Shown here: positions 16,011 through 26,266 of the stretch, one piece after another
Layout of the letters: the number at the start of each line of letters is the position of its first letter
How positions within the stretch are numbered: position 1 is the first letter of the stretch
Translations under genes and position numbers: made by a program
Notes under the pieces: generated by a model
Database searches by the model: none
Told to the model about the DNA's origin: nothing
What the model saw: the letters and a program-made list of their open reading frames with translations, nothing else
Assembly (NCBI GenBank): GCA_964350735.1
Contig: CAYGKO010000003.1
Coordinates: 1-50,451, forward strand
DNA length: 50,451 nt
Reading direction: 5' to 3'
Origin: an uncultured Candidatus Saccharibacteria bacterium
GTDB taxonomy: Bacteria > Patescibacteriota > Minisyncoccia > Phycocordibacterales > UBA918

Positions 16011-16760
16011 ATGGAACCACACACTACCGCCCCCAAGCAATCACTCGCTATTCCGCTCGCTATCTTAGTGGGATTTGGCATGATCGCTGGTGCAATTTAT
16101 TTCTCTGGCCAGCAAACTGCCCCGGTGGCAGTAGCGCCAACCCCAGCAGCTGAAAACCAAGGTCCAGCTGCCAACCTAGACGCACTTAATCCGGTGACCG
16201 AGGACGATCACATTCGCGGCAACCCAAACGCAAAAATCATGTTAGTTGAGTATTCTGACTATGACTGTCCATTTTGTAAAAACTTCCACGAAACGATGAA
16301 TCAAATCATGGAAGAATACGGTCTGTCTGGTGAAGTGGCTTGGGTTTACCGACATTTTCCGCTTGAGCAATTACACCCGAACGCTCCGCGCGTGGCCCTT
16401 GCTTCAGAATGTGTAGCAGAACTTGGTGGTAACGATGCCTTCTGGGACTTTAGTGACCTGGTATTTGGCGAACGCGGCACCAATGAACCTACTAACCTAG
16501 ATCGACTCGGAGAATTTGCGGTTGCTGCCGGTGTATCAGAAGCAGCCTTCAACACCTGCCTCACTGAAGAACGACACCGTGATGCGGTAGCGGAAGACTT
16601 CAACAATGCGATTGAAATTGGTGGCCGTGGTACACCCCACACCATTCTCTTAGTTGGTGATCAAAAAGACGTCATCAATGGTGCCCAACCATATGGCGTT
16701 GTCCGACAAATGGTCGAGAATCTTTTGACTCAGCTTGAAGGTAAGCCAGTAGGAAGCTAG
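16011..16760 (+). CDS. Membrane-anchored DsbA/thioredoxin-fold thiol:disulfide oxidoreductase
   Basis: An N-terminal TM helix, then YSDYDCPFCKNFH with a CPFC active site. Confidence 0.8.
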   Translation: MEPHTTAPKQSLAIPLAILVGFGMIAGAIYFSGQQTAPVAVAPTPAAENQGPAANLDALNPVTEDDHIRGNPNAKIMLVEYSDYDCPFCKNFHETMNQIMEEYGLSGEVAWVYRHFPLEQLHPNAPRVALASECVAELGGNDAFWDFSDLVFGERGTNEPTNLDRLGEFAVAAGVSEAAFNTCLTEERHRDAVAEDFNNAIEIGGRGTPHTILLVGDQKDVINGAQPYGVVRQMVENLLTQLEGKPVGS

Positions 16761-16774
16761 GCTGCCCTATATAT

Positions 16775-16807
16775 AAAAACAGCGCACCCAACTGGTGCGC
16801 TGTTTTT
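16775..16807. terminator. Bidirectional intrinsic terminator between convergent genes
   Basis: AAAAACAGCGCACC-loop-GGTGCGCTGTTTTT, with A/T runs on both sides. Confidence 0.7.
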
Positions 16808-16809
16808 AT

Positions 16810-19800
16810 TTAACTTCCTAACTGTAAAAGCTGATTAGCGAGGACACAATAATCACTCTCAGCTGGATCACATGGCTGCTGTAAAAAATCTCCCGCTACA
16901 ATCGCCTGTACCGCCGATCGGATCTCGTCTTTTAAAGCTGAAATCTCAGCCTCGGTAATTGTAAACAATTCTTCTTTTATGGTGCCGTTAGCGGCTGGCT
17001 CCACGAACGATAACACCCCATCTCGAGTCTTATATCGATCATCATCATGCAGTTCGAGTAGCAACGCGTAGAATACTAACTGCCGCTTGTACCCGCCGTC
17101 ACTACTGGCAGTATTCCCCTCAATCACATTTCTCGATTTAGGTTTGCCGGTTTTGTAGTCGACTACTCGGAGGGCCGTGCCATCATCACCCAAATCAATC
17201 CGGTCAAGTTTCCCTGTCAGTGGAACAATTGGCAGCTCTGGAATACCCGTCTCAAAGGAAACCCGGACTGATAATTCTTCTTTAGTAGTTTTTGGTAGCT
17301 GTCCTTTGAGATGCTCAAGGTAACCCGTCAATATATCAAGTCCTTTTTCGTGTAGTCGGGCATATTCTTCGGTCGAGACCGGCAACTTAGTAAGTTCGTT
17401 CTCCAATAACTTTTTGATAGTAGTCACGTCCGGTAATACTCCGTTTGTAGTATGAGCCCGCGTAGCAGATTCCAGCACATTGTGTACCGCCGTACCAAAC
17501 TGCATATGCGCCGGCTGCACTTCGGGGATTCGTAAGACATTGCGGTAGACATAGTCCCACGGGCTCCGCAGATAATTATTTAAAGACGTCGCGGAGAAGC
17601 CACGTTCAGCCAGGATGTGGGTGAGGATGGCTGGGTCGAGGGCCGGCGCCGACGGCGCCGGCTGCAGCCCAACAGCGGGGTCAAACGCCTCTTCTTCTGC
17701 TGCGGTCGACACTTCAGGTAAAAGCGCGTCGGCAATCTCACTCAGTAACCGGCTCGGTAGTAATTCTTTCCCGTCAGTATTGGTACCAGCAGAAGACAGC
17801 AGAAGCTTTCGCTTCGCGCGCGTCATTGCTACATACAACAGTCGCCGCTCATCATCAATCACATCCACCGCTGCTTCACCCGCTAGTTTCGACAACGGGA
17901 TATCGAAGTAGGTTCGCTTCACCGAACCACCCCACACACTATCCACCAAGTGAGGGACGATCACAGTAGTGAACTCTAATCCCTTCGACTTATGGGCCGT
18001 CATTACCTGGACTGATTCAGTGTTGGTAGAAATATACGGTGCGTTGAGTGGCAATCCGTACGACTGTCGGATAGAGAACTGCTCAGACACTTCAACCAAG
18101 GTCCGACCATTATCTTCTGCCACCAGCGCTTCGATCTCATCGTAGATGCGTCGTACTACTCGCCCGCCTTCGATCGGATCAGTCTGCAAAATATATTCCA
18201 AGTACCCACTCTCAGTCAGCATATATTCAAGGACGCGATGTGGTGGTTCAGCTGTTTGCTTTGCTCGCGCTTTGGTAAGCACTTCAGACACCCGCAACAC
18301 GGCTGTGGTATTTTGAACCCCCACCTCTCCCAGCACCACTTCATCCGTCACCACCGCACTCAACGGCCGGTCATAGCGCTTAGCTTGCAACGTCCGTACC
18401 AAATCTGCAGGCGTGATTTGCCAGTACGCACCATGCAGCAGCGTAAAGAGCGCTGCTTCATTGCCGGGCGACACCACCGCTGCGATCATATCTTGAATGG
18501 TCTTCGTAATCGGATGCGACAAAATATCCCCATCGGCTGAAGCGGTGACCGGGATCCCTTGTTTCCGCAGCTCGGCGGTTACGCGCTCCACTTCTCGATT
18601 CGTCCGCACGATCACCGCCACGTCCGCTGCTGGTACCCCCGCCTTGAGCTCCGCCTGCACAGCATCAATCACCCAGGTATCTTCGACCGCCTGGTGCGAG
18701 AACTCACGCTGCTCGATAGTAGCACTCTCCACCGCTGCTGCGGTCAGTGGCACACGCAAGTCTTTCAGGGGGCCGTCTTCTACCGCCACTAAGTCATGGG
18801 CCGCATCAAGCACTGCTTGTCCGGAACGATAATTCTCAGTTAGTGAGATAGTGGTTGTGCCCTTGAAGACGTCTTCAAAGTAAAGAAAGTTTTCCAGTGA
18901 CGCTCCCTGGAAGCGATAAATTGCCTGCTTCTCATCCCCCACCACAAAAATATTTGGGCTGTCATGGTAGCTGCAGAGTGACTCCAGGATGGCGTTCTGA
19001 GCCCCGTTCACATCTTGATGCTCGTCTGCGAGCACATACTGGTACGTCTCCTGGAGATCAAGTCGCATGTCTTCTTGTTCTTTCAGCGCGGTGACGGTTT
19101 CGACAATCATGTCATCAAAGTCAAATCGCTGCTGTTCTTGCAAGAGCGCTTCGTATTGTCGATACACCGTTAGTAGCTCCCGGTTCTTTTCGATCACTTT
19201 GGCTTTCTTCGTATACTCACCACGCACCTTGCCTTTATGAGCGCCTTTTTCATGAATCTTTTCTATTCCTTGTAGTTCAGTTTCTTGTCGCTCAATCAAG
19301 GCCACGAACTTATCCGGTGTAATATACTCCTGTTTCAGCTGACTGATCATCCGCAGGATATGTGGGACGTAATACGTCGGGTTACCCATTGGGCGTAACA
19401 CTTTGCAAGCGCCACTATCGATAATCGATTCGATCATTTTTATTTTCTCTAAGTCACTGGCTGGCTTGCCGCCAATGACGCGCGGGTAGGCGTCGGGGTA
19501 GTCCCGGATCAAACGCTGCGCAAAGCCATGGAAGGTGTAGATCGGTACCCGGTATGCGACCGCCCCCACATAGCGCTCCAGGCGTTGTCGCATCGCTTTG
19601 GCGCCACTTTCGGTAAAGGTAAGGGCCAGGATGTTTTCTGGCTTGACGTCAGTCTGCAGGAGAATATTCGCGATCCGCAGCGTAAGGATCTGAGTTTTCC
19701 CGGTACCAGGTCCAGCAATCACCATCACCGGGCCTTCGATGGTGTCGACCGCTTGTTTTTGGGCAGCGTTTAAGGCGGCGTACGCCGCCTTAAACGCTGC

Positions 19801-19836
19801 TCCACCAGTCATTTCCTTTATTTCTTTCATGTCCAC
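16810..19836 (-). CDS. UvrD/PcrA-family SF1 helicase fused to a C-terminal PD-(D/E)XK (RecB-like) nuclease domain
   Basis: Helicase motifs are AGPGTGKTQ, LADEHQDVN, TAHKSKGLEF and LLYVAMTRAKRKL. The C-terminal nuclease pattern is GKLDRIDL...LRVVDYKTGK...QLVFYALLL. Confidence 0.85.
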   Translation of the reverse strand: MDMKEIKEMTGGAAFKAAYAALNAAQKQAVDTIEGPVMVIAGPGTGKTQILTLRIANILLQTDVKPENILALTFTESGAKAMRQRLERYVGAVAYRVPIYTFHGFAQRLIRDYPDAYPRVIGGKPASDLEKIKMIESIIDSGACKVLRPMGNPTYYVPHILRMISQLKQEYITPDKFVALIERQETELQGIEKIHEKGAHKGKVRGEYTKKAKVIEKNRELLTVYRQYEALLQEQQRFDFDDMIVETVTALKEQEDMRLDLQETYQYVLADEHQDVNGAQNAILESLCSYHDSPNIFVVGDEKQAIYRFQGASLENFLYFEDVFKGTTTISLTENYRSGQAVLDAAHDLVAVEDGPLKDLRVPLTAAAVESATIEQREFSHQAVEDTWVIDAVQAELKAGVPAADVAVIVRTNREVERVTAELRKQGIPVTASADGDILSHPITKTIQDMIAAVVSPGNEAALFTLLHGAYWQITPADLVRTLQAKRYDRPLSAVVTDEVVLGEVGVQNTTAVLRVSEVLTKARAKQTAEPPHRVLEYMLTESGYLEYILQTDPIEGGRVVRRIYDEIEALVAEDNGRTLVEVSEQFSIRQSYGLPLNAPYISTNTESVQVMTAHKSKGLEFTTVIVPHLVDSVWGGSVKRTYFDIPLSKLAGEAAVDVIDDERRLLYVAMTRAKRKLLLSSAGTNTDGKELLPSRLLSEIADALLPEVSTAAEEEAFDPAVGLQPAPSAPALDPAILTHILAERGFSATSLNNYLRSPWDYVYRNVLRIPEVQPAHMQFGTAVHNVLESATRAHTTNGVLPDVTTIKKLLENELTKLPVSTEEYARLHEKGLDILTGYLEHLKGQLPKTTKEELSVRVSFETGIPELPIVPLTGKLDRIDLGDDGTALRVVDYKTGKPKSRNVIEGNTASSDGGYKRQLVFYALLLELHDDDRYKTRDGVLSFVEPAANGTIKEELFTITEAEISALKDEIRSAVQAIVAGDFLQQPCDPAESDYCVLANQLLQLGS

Positions 19837-19863
19837 TAGTATATCATTTTCACAACCTATATA

Positions 19864-19891
19864 TTGACATATACATAATTTATGATACTAT
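19864..19891 (+). promoter_or_regulatory. Sigma-70-like promoter for the NYN-domain gene
   Basis: TTGACA (19864-19869), a 16-nt spacer, then TACTAT (19886-19891). It implies a leader of about 110 nt with three small hairpins and ends in GGAGGA before the ATG. Confidence 0.45.
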
Positions 19892-20005
19892 TTTTTCGCT
19901 CCTCGCCAAAATTTGGATGGAGTGATAATCAACCGCGGTGTTTACCGCTACACAGCCCCTCTACTCGAGCAGGTAGAGATAGGCTAGGGATCCTTAGGAG
20001 GATAC

Positions 20006-20563
20006 ATGTTCTATAAAGGTAAAAAAGTTGCACTGTTTGTCGATGGCAGTAACTTGTACGCTGCTGCCAAAGCCCTCGGCTTTGACATCGACTACAAGAT
20101 ACTTCACACAGAATTTGCCCGTCGAGGGATCTTCTATCGCGCCTTTTACTACACAGCGCTTCTTGACAGCCAAGATTACTCAGCTATCCGGCCACTGGTC
20201 GATTGGCTGGACTACAATGGCTGGCAAATGGAGACAAAGCCCGCGAAGGAATTTGTAGACTCAATGGGCCGCCGAAAGGTAAAAGGCAATATGGACATTG
20301 AATTGGTCTGTGACGCAATTGAGCAGGCAGCCCACTACGACCATGCTGTCATATTTTCCGGCGACGGTGATTTCGTTCCACTGGTCAAACTGCTCAAGCG
20401 CATGGGCAAGTATGTCTCGGTTGTCTCGACAATACGCTCGCAACCCCCGATGATCGCAGATGAGCTGCGTCGTCAGGCAGATAACTTTATTGAGCTCGAA
20501 GAGCTCAAAGACGTTATTGGTCGCCCGCCACGCCCGGACCATGGCGAAGGCGCGTCAGGCTGA
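20006..20563 (+). CDS. NYN / LabA-like (DUF88) domain protein
   Basis: KKVALFVDGSNLYAAAK ... FSGDGDFVPLVKLLKRMGKYVSV. A strong SD site (TAGGAGGA) precedes it. Confidence 0.8.
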   Translation: MFYKGKKVALFVDGSNLYAAAKALGFDIDYKILHTEFARRGIFYRAFYYTALLDSQDYSAIRPLVDWLDYNGWQMETKPAKEFVDSMGRRKVKGNMDIELVCDAIEQAAHYDHAVIFSGDGDFVPLVKLLKRMGKYVSVVSTIRSQPPMIADELRRQADNFIELEELKDVIGRPPRPDHGEGASG

Positions 20564-20764
20564 TGTCCTCGCGCAACTGATACGAAACGCGGTGGCGCCC
20601 AAAGGCGCCGCCGCAAATAATTGTTCTTTATTTCAGCAACACTGAAATCCGAACCGCTCGAGAATTGCTCTGGCGGTTTTCTTGTTTTGACAATCCTCCT
20701 CCCCTATTTCACCCTGCATAACTCCCCTATACAAATGAAATGAGAGGAGTATGATAGCCGCCGT

Positions 20765-21223
20765 ATGGAAGTACAAGATATCATCAAAGACGCCGTTACC
20801 ATCGGCGAAGACGCTTCATTCAAAGAAGCGATCGAGACTATGATCACTGGCCAGAGCAACACGCTATTAGTAACCAACCAAGCCGGTGAACTCGTAGGTG
20901 AAGTAAGTGTTTCAGAATTATTAGACGCGATTGTCCCTGAATACCTTGACGGTGACAGTATTGCAGCGCACTTTGCTACCAAGGAGATGTTCACTGAGGC
21001 TGTGACCGATGCTACTGAGCAGCAGGTGAAGTTTTTCATGAACAAAGAGCTCGCAACGGTAAAAGTGTCTGACGGCCTAATGGCTATCGCCACCACCGCC
21101 CTTAGTCAGCGACAGCTCCGCATCCCGGTCGTAGACGACGCTAATAAACCAGTCGGGATCATCTCTCGTCGTGGCTTGAAGCATATTATTGCAGAGACTC
21201 TTGGCGTCGTAGACCCAAGCTAA
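20765..21223 (+). CDS. CBS-domain pair protein
   Basis: 152-aa ORF with two CBS-like repeats (IMT..V.TI..D.S..EA...M and V.FFMNKELATV ... RIPVVDD..KPVGIISRRGL). The SD site is GAGAGGAG. Confidence 0.75.
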   Translation: MEVQDIIKDAVTIGEDASFKEAIETMITGQSNTLLVTNQAGELVGEVSVSELLDAIVPEYLDGDSIAAHFATKEMFTEAVTDATEQQVKFFMNKELATVKVSDGLMAIATTALSQRQLRIPVVDDANKPVGIISRRGLKHIIAETLGVVDPS

Positions 21224-21269
21224 TTATTCACTAGCCTGATTAGTGTAATCAGGTGTATTTATTGACTGT

Positions 21270-22643
21270 ATGGAAACAATTGAATTAGTAGCCCTGGTGA
21301 TCTTTGCGGTCACATTCTTCTTCATCCTCACGGAGCGGATTCACCGAACGGTGATCGGCCTGTTTGGAGCGATGACGATGCTTTTGGCTGGAATGTACTT
21401 CGACTTCTACCACCCTGGCGACCTACTACACGTCGTCGACTTTAATACGCTTGGACTATTGTTCGGTATGATGCTGCTCGTCGGTATGCTCGAACACACC
21501 GGAGTATTTCAATACCTCGGTATTTGGACCGCTAAAAAGACCAAAGGAAATCCGTGGCTCTTGATGGTAGCCCTCTCAGGGATTACGGCTGGTCTATCGA
21601 TGATCCTTGATAACGTGACGACGATCATTCTGATCGTACCGATCACCATCATCATCGCTGACATGCTAAAGCTCAATCCGGTACCAATCCTGATGGCTGA
21701 AGCCCTCCTTTCAAACGTCGGTGGTACCGCCACCCTCGTTGGAGACCCACCAAACATCATGATCGGTTCGGCGGCTGGGTTCTCATTCAACGACTTCCTC
21801 GTGCACTCTTTGCCAGTAGTGCTCATCACCTGGGTACTTACCTTACTCTTCTTCCGCTTCCTCTTCCGTAAAGATCTAGCTGCTAAACCGCAAAATGTCG
21901 AGGCGTTGATGGCCATGAATGAAAAAGAAGCCATCAAAGACCCCAAGACGCTCAAGAAACTTCTAGCGATCTTTGGTTTGGTAGTGATTCTATTCTTCCT
22001 CCACTCTGCGTTGCACCTTGAGGCTGCTATGGTGGCGCTCATTGGTGCGGCGATCGCCCTCCTCGTGATCTCACCAACTAAAGACCCCCAACAGATTATT
22101 GAAAAAACTGAACTTTCAGTACTACTCTTCTTCGGTTCACTCTTTGTGATTGTCGGTGGGCTGGAGAACGCAGGCGTCCTCGAACACGCCGCAAAATACC
22201 TGACTTCAGGCGCTAATGACAATCTCCTACTCACTGCAATCATTATTTTGTGGTCCAGTGCGATTCTTTCAGCGATTGTTGATAATATTCCCCTAACGGT
22301 AGCAATGATCCCAATCATTGGATACTTGGGCACGCAAGGGGTACCGGTAGACCTGTTGTGGTGGGCCCTCGCCTTCGGGGTTGGGTTTGGTGGTAATGGT
22401 TCTCCAATCGGTTCGACTGCTGGAGTGATCGTGGTAGCCAAGTCTGAAAAGACCGACAACCCAATCTCCTTCATCGACTGGATGAAACAAGGAGTACCGA
22501 CCATGATCCTTGGTCTCGTGGTTGCTACCGGTGCCTTAGTATTCTTTACTGACTTCTTCTCAACTCATAACGGCGTACCCCACGTAGAAGCTGGTGAAGC
22601 AATCATGATTGATGGTGAACACGGACCAATGAAGCATAATTAA
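21270..22643 (+). CDS. ArsB/NhaD-superfamily (SLC13-like) ion permease
   Basis: 457-aa polytopic ORF with SMILDNVTTIILIVPITIIIA and SAIVDNIPLTVAMIPII, typical of this permease superfamily. Confidence 0.75.
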   Translation: METIELVALVIFAVTFFFILTERIHRTVIGLFGAMTMLLAGMYFDFYHPGDLLHVVDFNTLGLLFGMMLLVGMLEHTGVFQYLGIWTAKKTKGNPWLLMVALSGITAGLSMILDNVTTIILIVPITIIIADMLKLNPVPILMAEALLSNVGGTATLVGDPPNIMIGSAAGFSFNDFLVHSLPVVLITWVLTLLFFRFLFRKDLAAKPQNVEALMAMNEKEAIKDPKTLKKLLAIFGLVVILFFLHSALHLEAAMVALIGAAIALLVISPTKDPQQIIEKTELSVLLFFGSLFVIVGGLENAGVLEHAAKYLTSGANDNLLLTAIIILWSSAILSAIVDNIPLTVAMIPIIGYLGTQGVPVDLLWWALAFGVGFGGNGSPIGSTAGVIVVAKSEKTDNPISFIDWMKQGVPTMILGLVVATGALVFFTDFFSTHNGVPHVEAGEAIMIDGEHGPMKHN

Positions 22644-22664
22644 ACCAGAGACCCTGATGACACA

Positions 22665-22700
22665 AACCGGGCAGATCGCTACGCGATCTGCCCGGGTTGT
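22665..22700 (+). terminator. Intrinsic terminator after the permease gene
   Basis: AACCGGGCAGATCGC-TAC-GCGATCTGCCCGGGTT, followed by a T-rich tail. Confidence 0.6.
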
Positions 22701-22754
22701 TAGTTGTGTTTTTCTTGTTTTGTTGTATAGTTTAAAAAGCAACGGGAGGAATCA

Positions 22755-22955
22755 ATGGCTATAAGAACGGATTGTACAATTTTCGGGAAAGCTGCTGCTT
22801 TCTTGGAACTTGATCGAGGAGATACTCTCGATAGTATCCGCGGCGCATTTGGGCAATTCACCAAACTCGTCTGTTGGATGCCCGGTGTCGGCAACGGTTG
22901 CGTGTACGGAGACCCAGAAACAGTCTTCAGACATCTTGACCTCAGAAGAAGTTAA
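22755..22955 (+). CDS. Small hypothetical protein (66 aa)
   Basis: An ATG preceded by GGGAGGA at correct spacing. Hairpins follow it. No recognisable motif. Confidence 0.4.
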   Translation: MAIRTDCTIFGKAAAFLELDRGDTLDSIRGAFGQFTKLVCWMPGVGNGCVYGDPETVFRHLDLRRS

Positions 22956-23053
22956 CCGCTAACGCGAGCATACGGATTTCCAAAACCGTTGTGCTTGTCT
23001 CAGCGGTTTTGTTTTGTCTGCAGATACACTTCTCTTCCCATTTCTTACTACTT

Positions 23054-23089
23054 GTCTTGGTATCATGCGTGATACCAAGACACTTTTTG
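23054..23089 (+). terminator. Terminator hairpin, a member of the TATCA..TGATA hairpin family
   Basis: A perfect 12-bp stem GTCTTGGTATCA/TGATACCAAGAC with loop TGCG, followed by ACTTTTTGG. Confidence 0.6.
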
Positions 23090-23103
23090 GATTTTACTGG
23101 CGG

Positions 23104-23901
23104 TTACTCCCCGTCATCCAAATACAACTCGTAGATCGTCGCTAGCCAAAATGGTACGAGCCAAATGAAGAATAGTTCTTCGAGCGGCAAGGGCTGCCCC
23201 AAGATTTCAAAATACCAGAGGTAGTCATTGGTATTGGCAAAAAACCGTAGGTTGTTACTAAGCGCCACATATTCATACACCAGCGAGATCGGATACATCA
23301 AGGTCGCGAAGAGTGTTGTCTTGCCAAGGACCCGCCACCACTGCCCGGTCACCAATGCAATCAGCGCCACCATGCCAATAGTCCCAAAGAGCAAGAGCCA
23401 GGCAAAGCTATATGTCACCACAAACCCTGAGAACAAATACAAGTACCCGAGACCAAGCCCTAAGAGCACACTCATACCAGCTGTCAGCCACGCAAATGAG
23501 CGGCTTTTGATCTCGCCATTACTCTTCCCATCATCAATAAAAAACTCATACGCCACCACAAAGTACAGCAGATGCATAAACGCCGCTGCAAAAGCTTCAA
23601 TCGGGATCAAATCAAACAACCGATACTCACTCGGCGACAACGAGTACCATATGCCATTGACGTACGCCGACGCTTCGAACAAAGCCGCTCCCGCTAACGC
23701 CATCAGGAGCACAATCGGCAGGATACGGGTATGTAAGTGCTCCAAGCGCCACAGTACAACGATCGGCAGTACGGTCAGTATCGCCATCACCCATAGTACA
23801 TTCGCCTCGAAATACACCAGCAAAATACTCGACAACGCGGTGTACAGAAACAACACTGCCAGTAACATCAATTTTTCAAAATCAAGCCAACGCCAAAACA
23901 T
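23104..23901 (-). CDS. Membrane protein with two lycopene-cyclase-domain-like (CrtYc/Yd type) repeats
   Basis: 265-aa polytopic ORF. Each half has a PxE(E/A) motif (LIPIEAFAAAF and PLPLEELFFIW). Confidence 0.55.
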   Translation of the reverse strand: MFWRWLDFEKLMLLAVLFLYTALSSILLVYFEANVLWVMAILTVLPIVVLWRLEHLHTRILPIVLLMALAGAALFEASAYVNGIWYSLSPSEYRLFDLIPIEAFAAAFMHLLYFVVAYEFFIDDGKSNGEIKSRSFAWLTAGMSVLLGLGLGYLYLFSGFVVTYSFAWLLLFGTIGMVALIALVTGQWWRVLGKTTLFATLMYPISLVYEYVALSNNLRFFANTNDYLWYFEILGQPLPLEELFFIWLVPFWLATIYELYLDDGE

Positions 23902-23949
23902 ACCGACATTGTATCACCCCGAAAGAAGCTCGTGCTATAGTGCTGCCAT

Positions 23950-24444
23950 ATGGAGTTTGCACTTTTCGCCACCATCGGACTCATCGCGCTGGCGGCTGCA
24001 GTCGATGTCTTTTTCCTGACAGGGATGTGGTTTTCTGGAACCTTTCTTCTGGTAGTTATCGGCACTATCTATACCCGCGGGGACGCAACTTTCTGGCTGA
24101 TTGTGCCGGTTATTTTTATTTTTACCGTCCTCACAAACTACGGAAACTTCCTACTTGGGCGCCATGGCAGTCACCTGCCACTTATCGCGAAACAACTACA
24201 AAAGCCTCGGGCGCAAGCAGTCCGAGACAAACTCCAATCCCTCACTCCCCGTTCGCTTTTTGTCACGATGTTCATTGGGCGGTTTGTCGGCGTTATCCGC
24301 CCACTCTACGGACTTGTGTTGGGCGCTTCCCATGTCTCACCGCTGCGATTTTTCATCAATGAAGTCATCCTCTCAGCCGCCTGGACTATCGGCTGGTCAA
24401 CCTTTGTCTACCTAGTCACCAACGGAATCCTCGCCGTTACTTAG
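23950..24444 (+). CDS. DedA/SNARE-associated family membrane protein (tentative)
   Basis: 164-aa polytopic ORF. FIGRFVGVIRPLYGLVLGASHVSPLRFF resembles the DedA R-F/L-x-P-x-x-R core. Confidence 0.6.
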   Translation: MEFALFATIGLIALAAAVDVFFLTGMWFSGTFLLVVIGTIYTRGDATFWLIVPVIFIFTVLTNYGNFLLGRHGSHLPLIAKQLQKPRAQAVRDKLQSLTPRSLFVTMFIGRFVGVIRPLYGLVLGASHVSPLRFFINEVILSAAWTIGWSTFVYLVTNGILAVT

Positions 24445-26201
24445 CTCACGAATCCTCCCTTTTGATGCTCCCATAAGCTTTTGAATACGCTTTCTTCTTT
24501 TTGTAATAGCTCGGTTGGATTTCCGTCTTCCACAATCTGACCATCCTCAATTACCACTATCCGATCCATTTCACGCAATGTCGATAATCTATGAGCAACG
24601 GCAACTACTGTTCGTTCTGAAAATAATTCACGTAAGCCTTGCTGGACAATCTCTTCGCTTTCACTATCAAGCGCAGATGTTGCTTCATCTAGTACCAGTA
24701 TCGGGGAATCTTTTAACATCGCCCTTGCAATCGCAATGCGTTGACGTTGACCCCCTGACAACCTGATCCCACGCTCACCTACCAAAGTCTCGTATTGTTC
24801 TGGTAATGACATTATGAAATCATGAGTATGAGCCCGCTTACTCGCCACAATCACCTCTTCCTTACTGGCATTAGGTCGAGCATAGAGAATATTTTCATAC
24901 AACGACCGATGAAACAAGGTTGTATCTTGCGGAACAAACGCAACCACTTCGCGTAACGAGGCAACAGTTGCTTTAGTGATATCCTGATCGTCGATTTTAA
25001 TATGCCCTGACTGAGGATCATAATGTCTCAACAATAATTTAACTAAGGTACTCTTGCCCGCACCTGATGGTCCGACTACGCCAACTTTAGTTCCTGACAC
25101 AATAGATATGCTGAAATTACTGAAAATATCGCCCTTTGCTTTTGGATATGCAAAACTCACATCATTAAATGATATGGTTGCGTTTTTAGATGGCGAAAGA
25201 TCCTCGGTTCCTTGTGGCAAAATCTCAATGTCAGTTTGGAGATCGAAAATAGCATCGCTTAAGTTGCCATAGTTGCGCACTGTATTAAGCACCATGTCAC
25301 CCAATGACCAAATGACTGCTGTAAGGGTTGGGATAGTACTGGCTACTAAAACAAAATCCCCTACTGTAATCGCCGCTTGTGCAAACAAGTAAATACTAAG
25401 ATAAATCAAGATGAGACCAAGGAGTACAACGCTCATCCCTTGATGCAGCTTGTTACCTAAGAACCACCACCCTTCTCCCATAAACACCTTTGAGATATGG
25501 GCCAGTTGATTTCCTAAACGCTTATTCTCATGTTTTTCTGCTGAAAATGAGTGAATCAGAGGGACATTTGAAATCGCATCCACAACACCCCCATCAAGTT
25601 TAGCCCCTTCATCTGCCACCTCCTTAGACCAACGAAACAAACGACGGAGCAGCGGGATAGAGCTGACAATAAACACAATCATCCACCCAAGGAAACCTAG
25701 GAATAAAACTGGATGAGCTATATACAGTAATGCTCCTGAAACCAGAACTGCAGGTGTTGCCCAGCCAAACTCCCATAAAAATGATTCTAAGAAGTATTTT
25801 GTACTAGTGCCAATCTGCTCAATGCGGCGACTTAGTTTTCCTGAGAAAGTGTCTTCAAAATATGAGCTGGGGCGAAATATTAAATTACTAAAATAATATG
25901 CAGTAACTTTCGCAAATATCTTAATATTCAGTACGATCTCTAAATAATGTGCAGTTCGAAAAGCAATCTCTTGTACCAAAAAAACTATGGCCACAGCGAT
26001 GATAATCCCAGTCAAATCACTGACCACAAACTGATCTCCCGGATTCGCCAGCACATAATCAGTAATTAATTTAAGAAAATATGGAATTGAGAACGAAAAA
26101 AAGTTTCCTAAAAGAATCAGGAATAAAATCAACCCTACCTGGAATCTGACAGGTTTAATTGATAGCCATAGTGACTGCAAGGCTGTTTTCGGCATTATCA
26201 A
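24441..26201 (-). CDS. ABC exporter, fused permease and ATPase (MsbA-like type I exporter)
   Basis: N-terminal 6-TM domain. Walker A is GPSGAGKST, the signature is LSGGQRQRIAIARA, and Walker B is ILVLDEATSALD. Confidence 0.9.
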   Translation of the reverse strand: MIMPKTALQSLWLSIKPVRFQVGLILFLILLGNFFSFSIPYFLKLITDYVLANPGDQFVVSDLTGIIIAVAIVFLVQEIAFRTAHYLEIVLNIKIFAKVTAYYFSNLIFRPSSYFEDTFSGKLSRRIEQIGTSTKYFLESFLWEFGWATPAVLVSGALLYIAHPVLFLGFLGWMIVFIVSSIPLLRRLFRWSKEVADEGAKLDGGVVDAISNVPLIHSFSAEKHENKRLGNQLAHISKVFMGEGWWFLGNKLHQGMSVVLLGLILIYLSIYLFAQAAITVGDFVLVASTIPTLTAVIWSLGDMVLNTVRNYGNLSDAIFDLQTDIEILPQGTEDLSPSKNATISFNDVSFAYPKAKGDIFSNFSISIVSGTKVGVVGPSGAGKSTLVKLLLRHYDPQSGHIKIDDQDITKATVASLREVVAFVPQDTTLFHRSLYENILYARPNASKEEVIVASKRAHTHDFIMSLPEQYETLVGERGIRLSGGQRQRIAIARAMLKDSPILVLDEATSALDSESEEIVQQGLRELFSERTVVAVAHRLSTLREMDRIVVIEDGQIVEDGNPTELLQKEESVFKSLWEHQKGGFVS

Positions 26202-26208
26202 GATACTA

Positions 26209-26251
26209 CCGCAAAAGCCCTAAAATGCGAAGCATTTTAGGGCTTTTGCGG
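26209..26251. terminator. Perfect 20-bp hairpin between rpoD and the ABC exporter gene
   Basis: CCGCAAAAGCCCTAAAATGC-GAA-GCATTTTAGGGCTTTTGCGG. The T-run is on the plus side only, although both neighbouring genes are on the minus strand. Confidence 0.45.
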
Positions 26252-26266
26252 TTTTCTTACAAGTCT

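Noticed and set aside
21509-22504. 331-aa antisense ORF inside the ArsB/NhaD permease gene
   Set aside because: It is a shadow ORF on the opposite strand of a clearly coding gene. Its composition is low-complexity and Arg/Ser/Pro-rich, and it has no start context.
23228-24019. 263-aa ORF antisense to the lycopene-cyclase-domain gene, plus overlapping ORFs at 23868..24065, 23940..24362 and 24101..24415
   Set aside because: These are shadow or alternative-frame ORFs that overlap better-supported membrane protein genes. They have no motifs or ribosome-binding sites.
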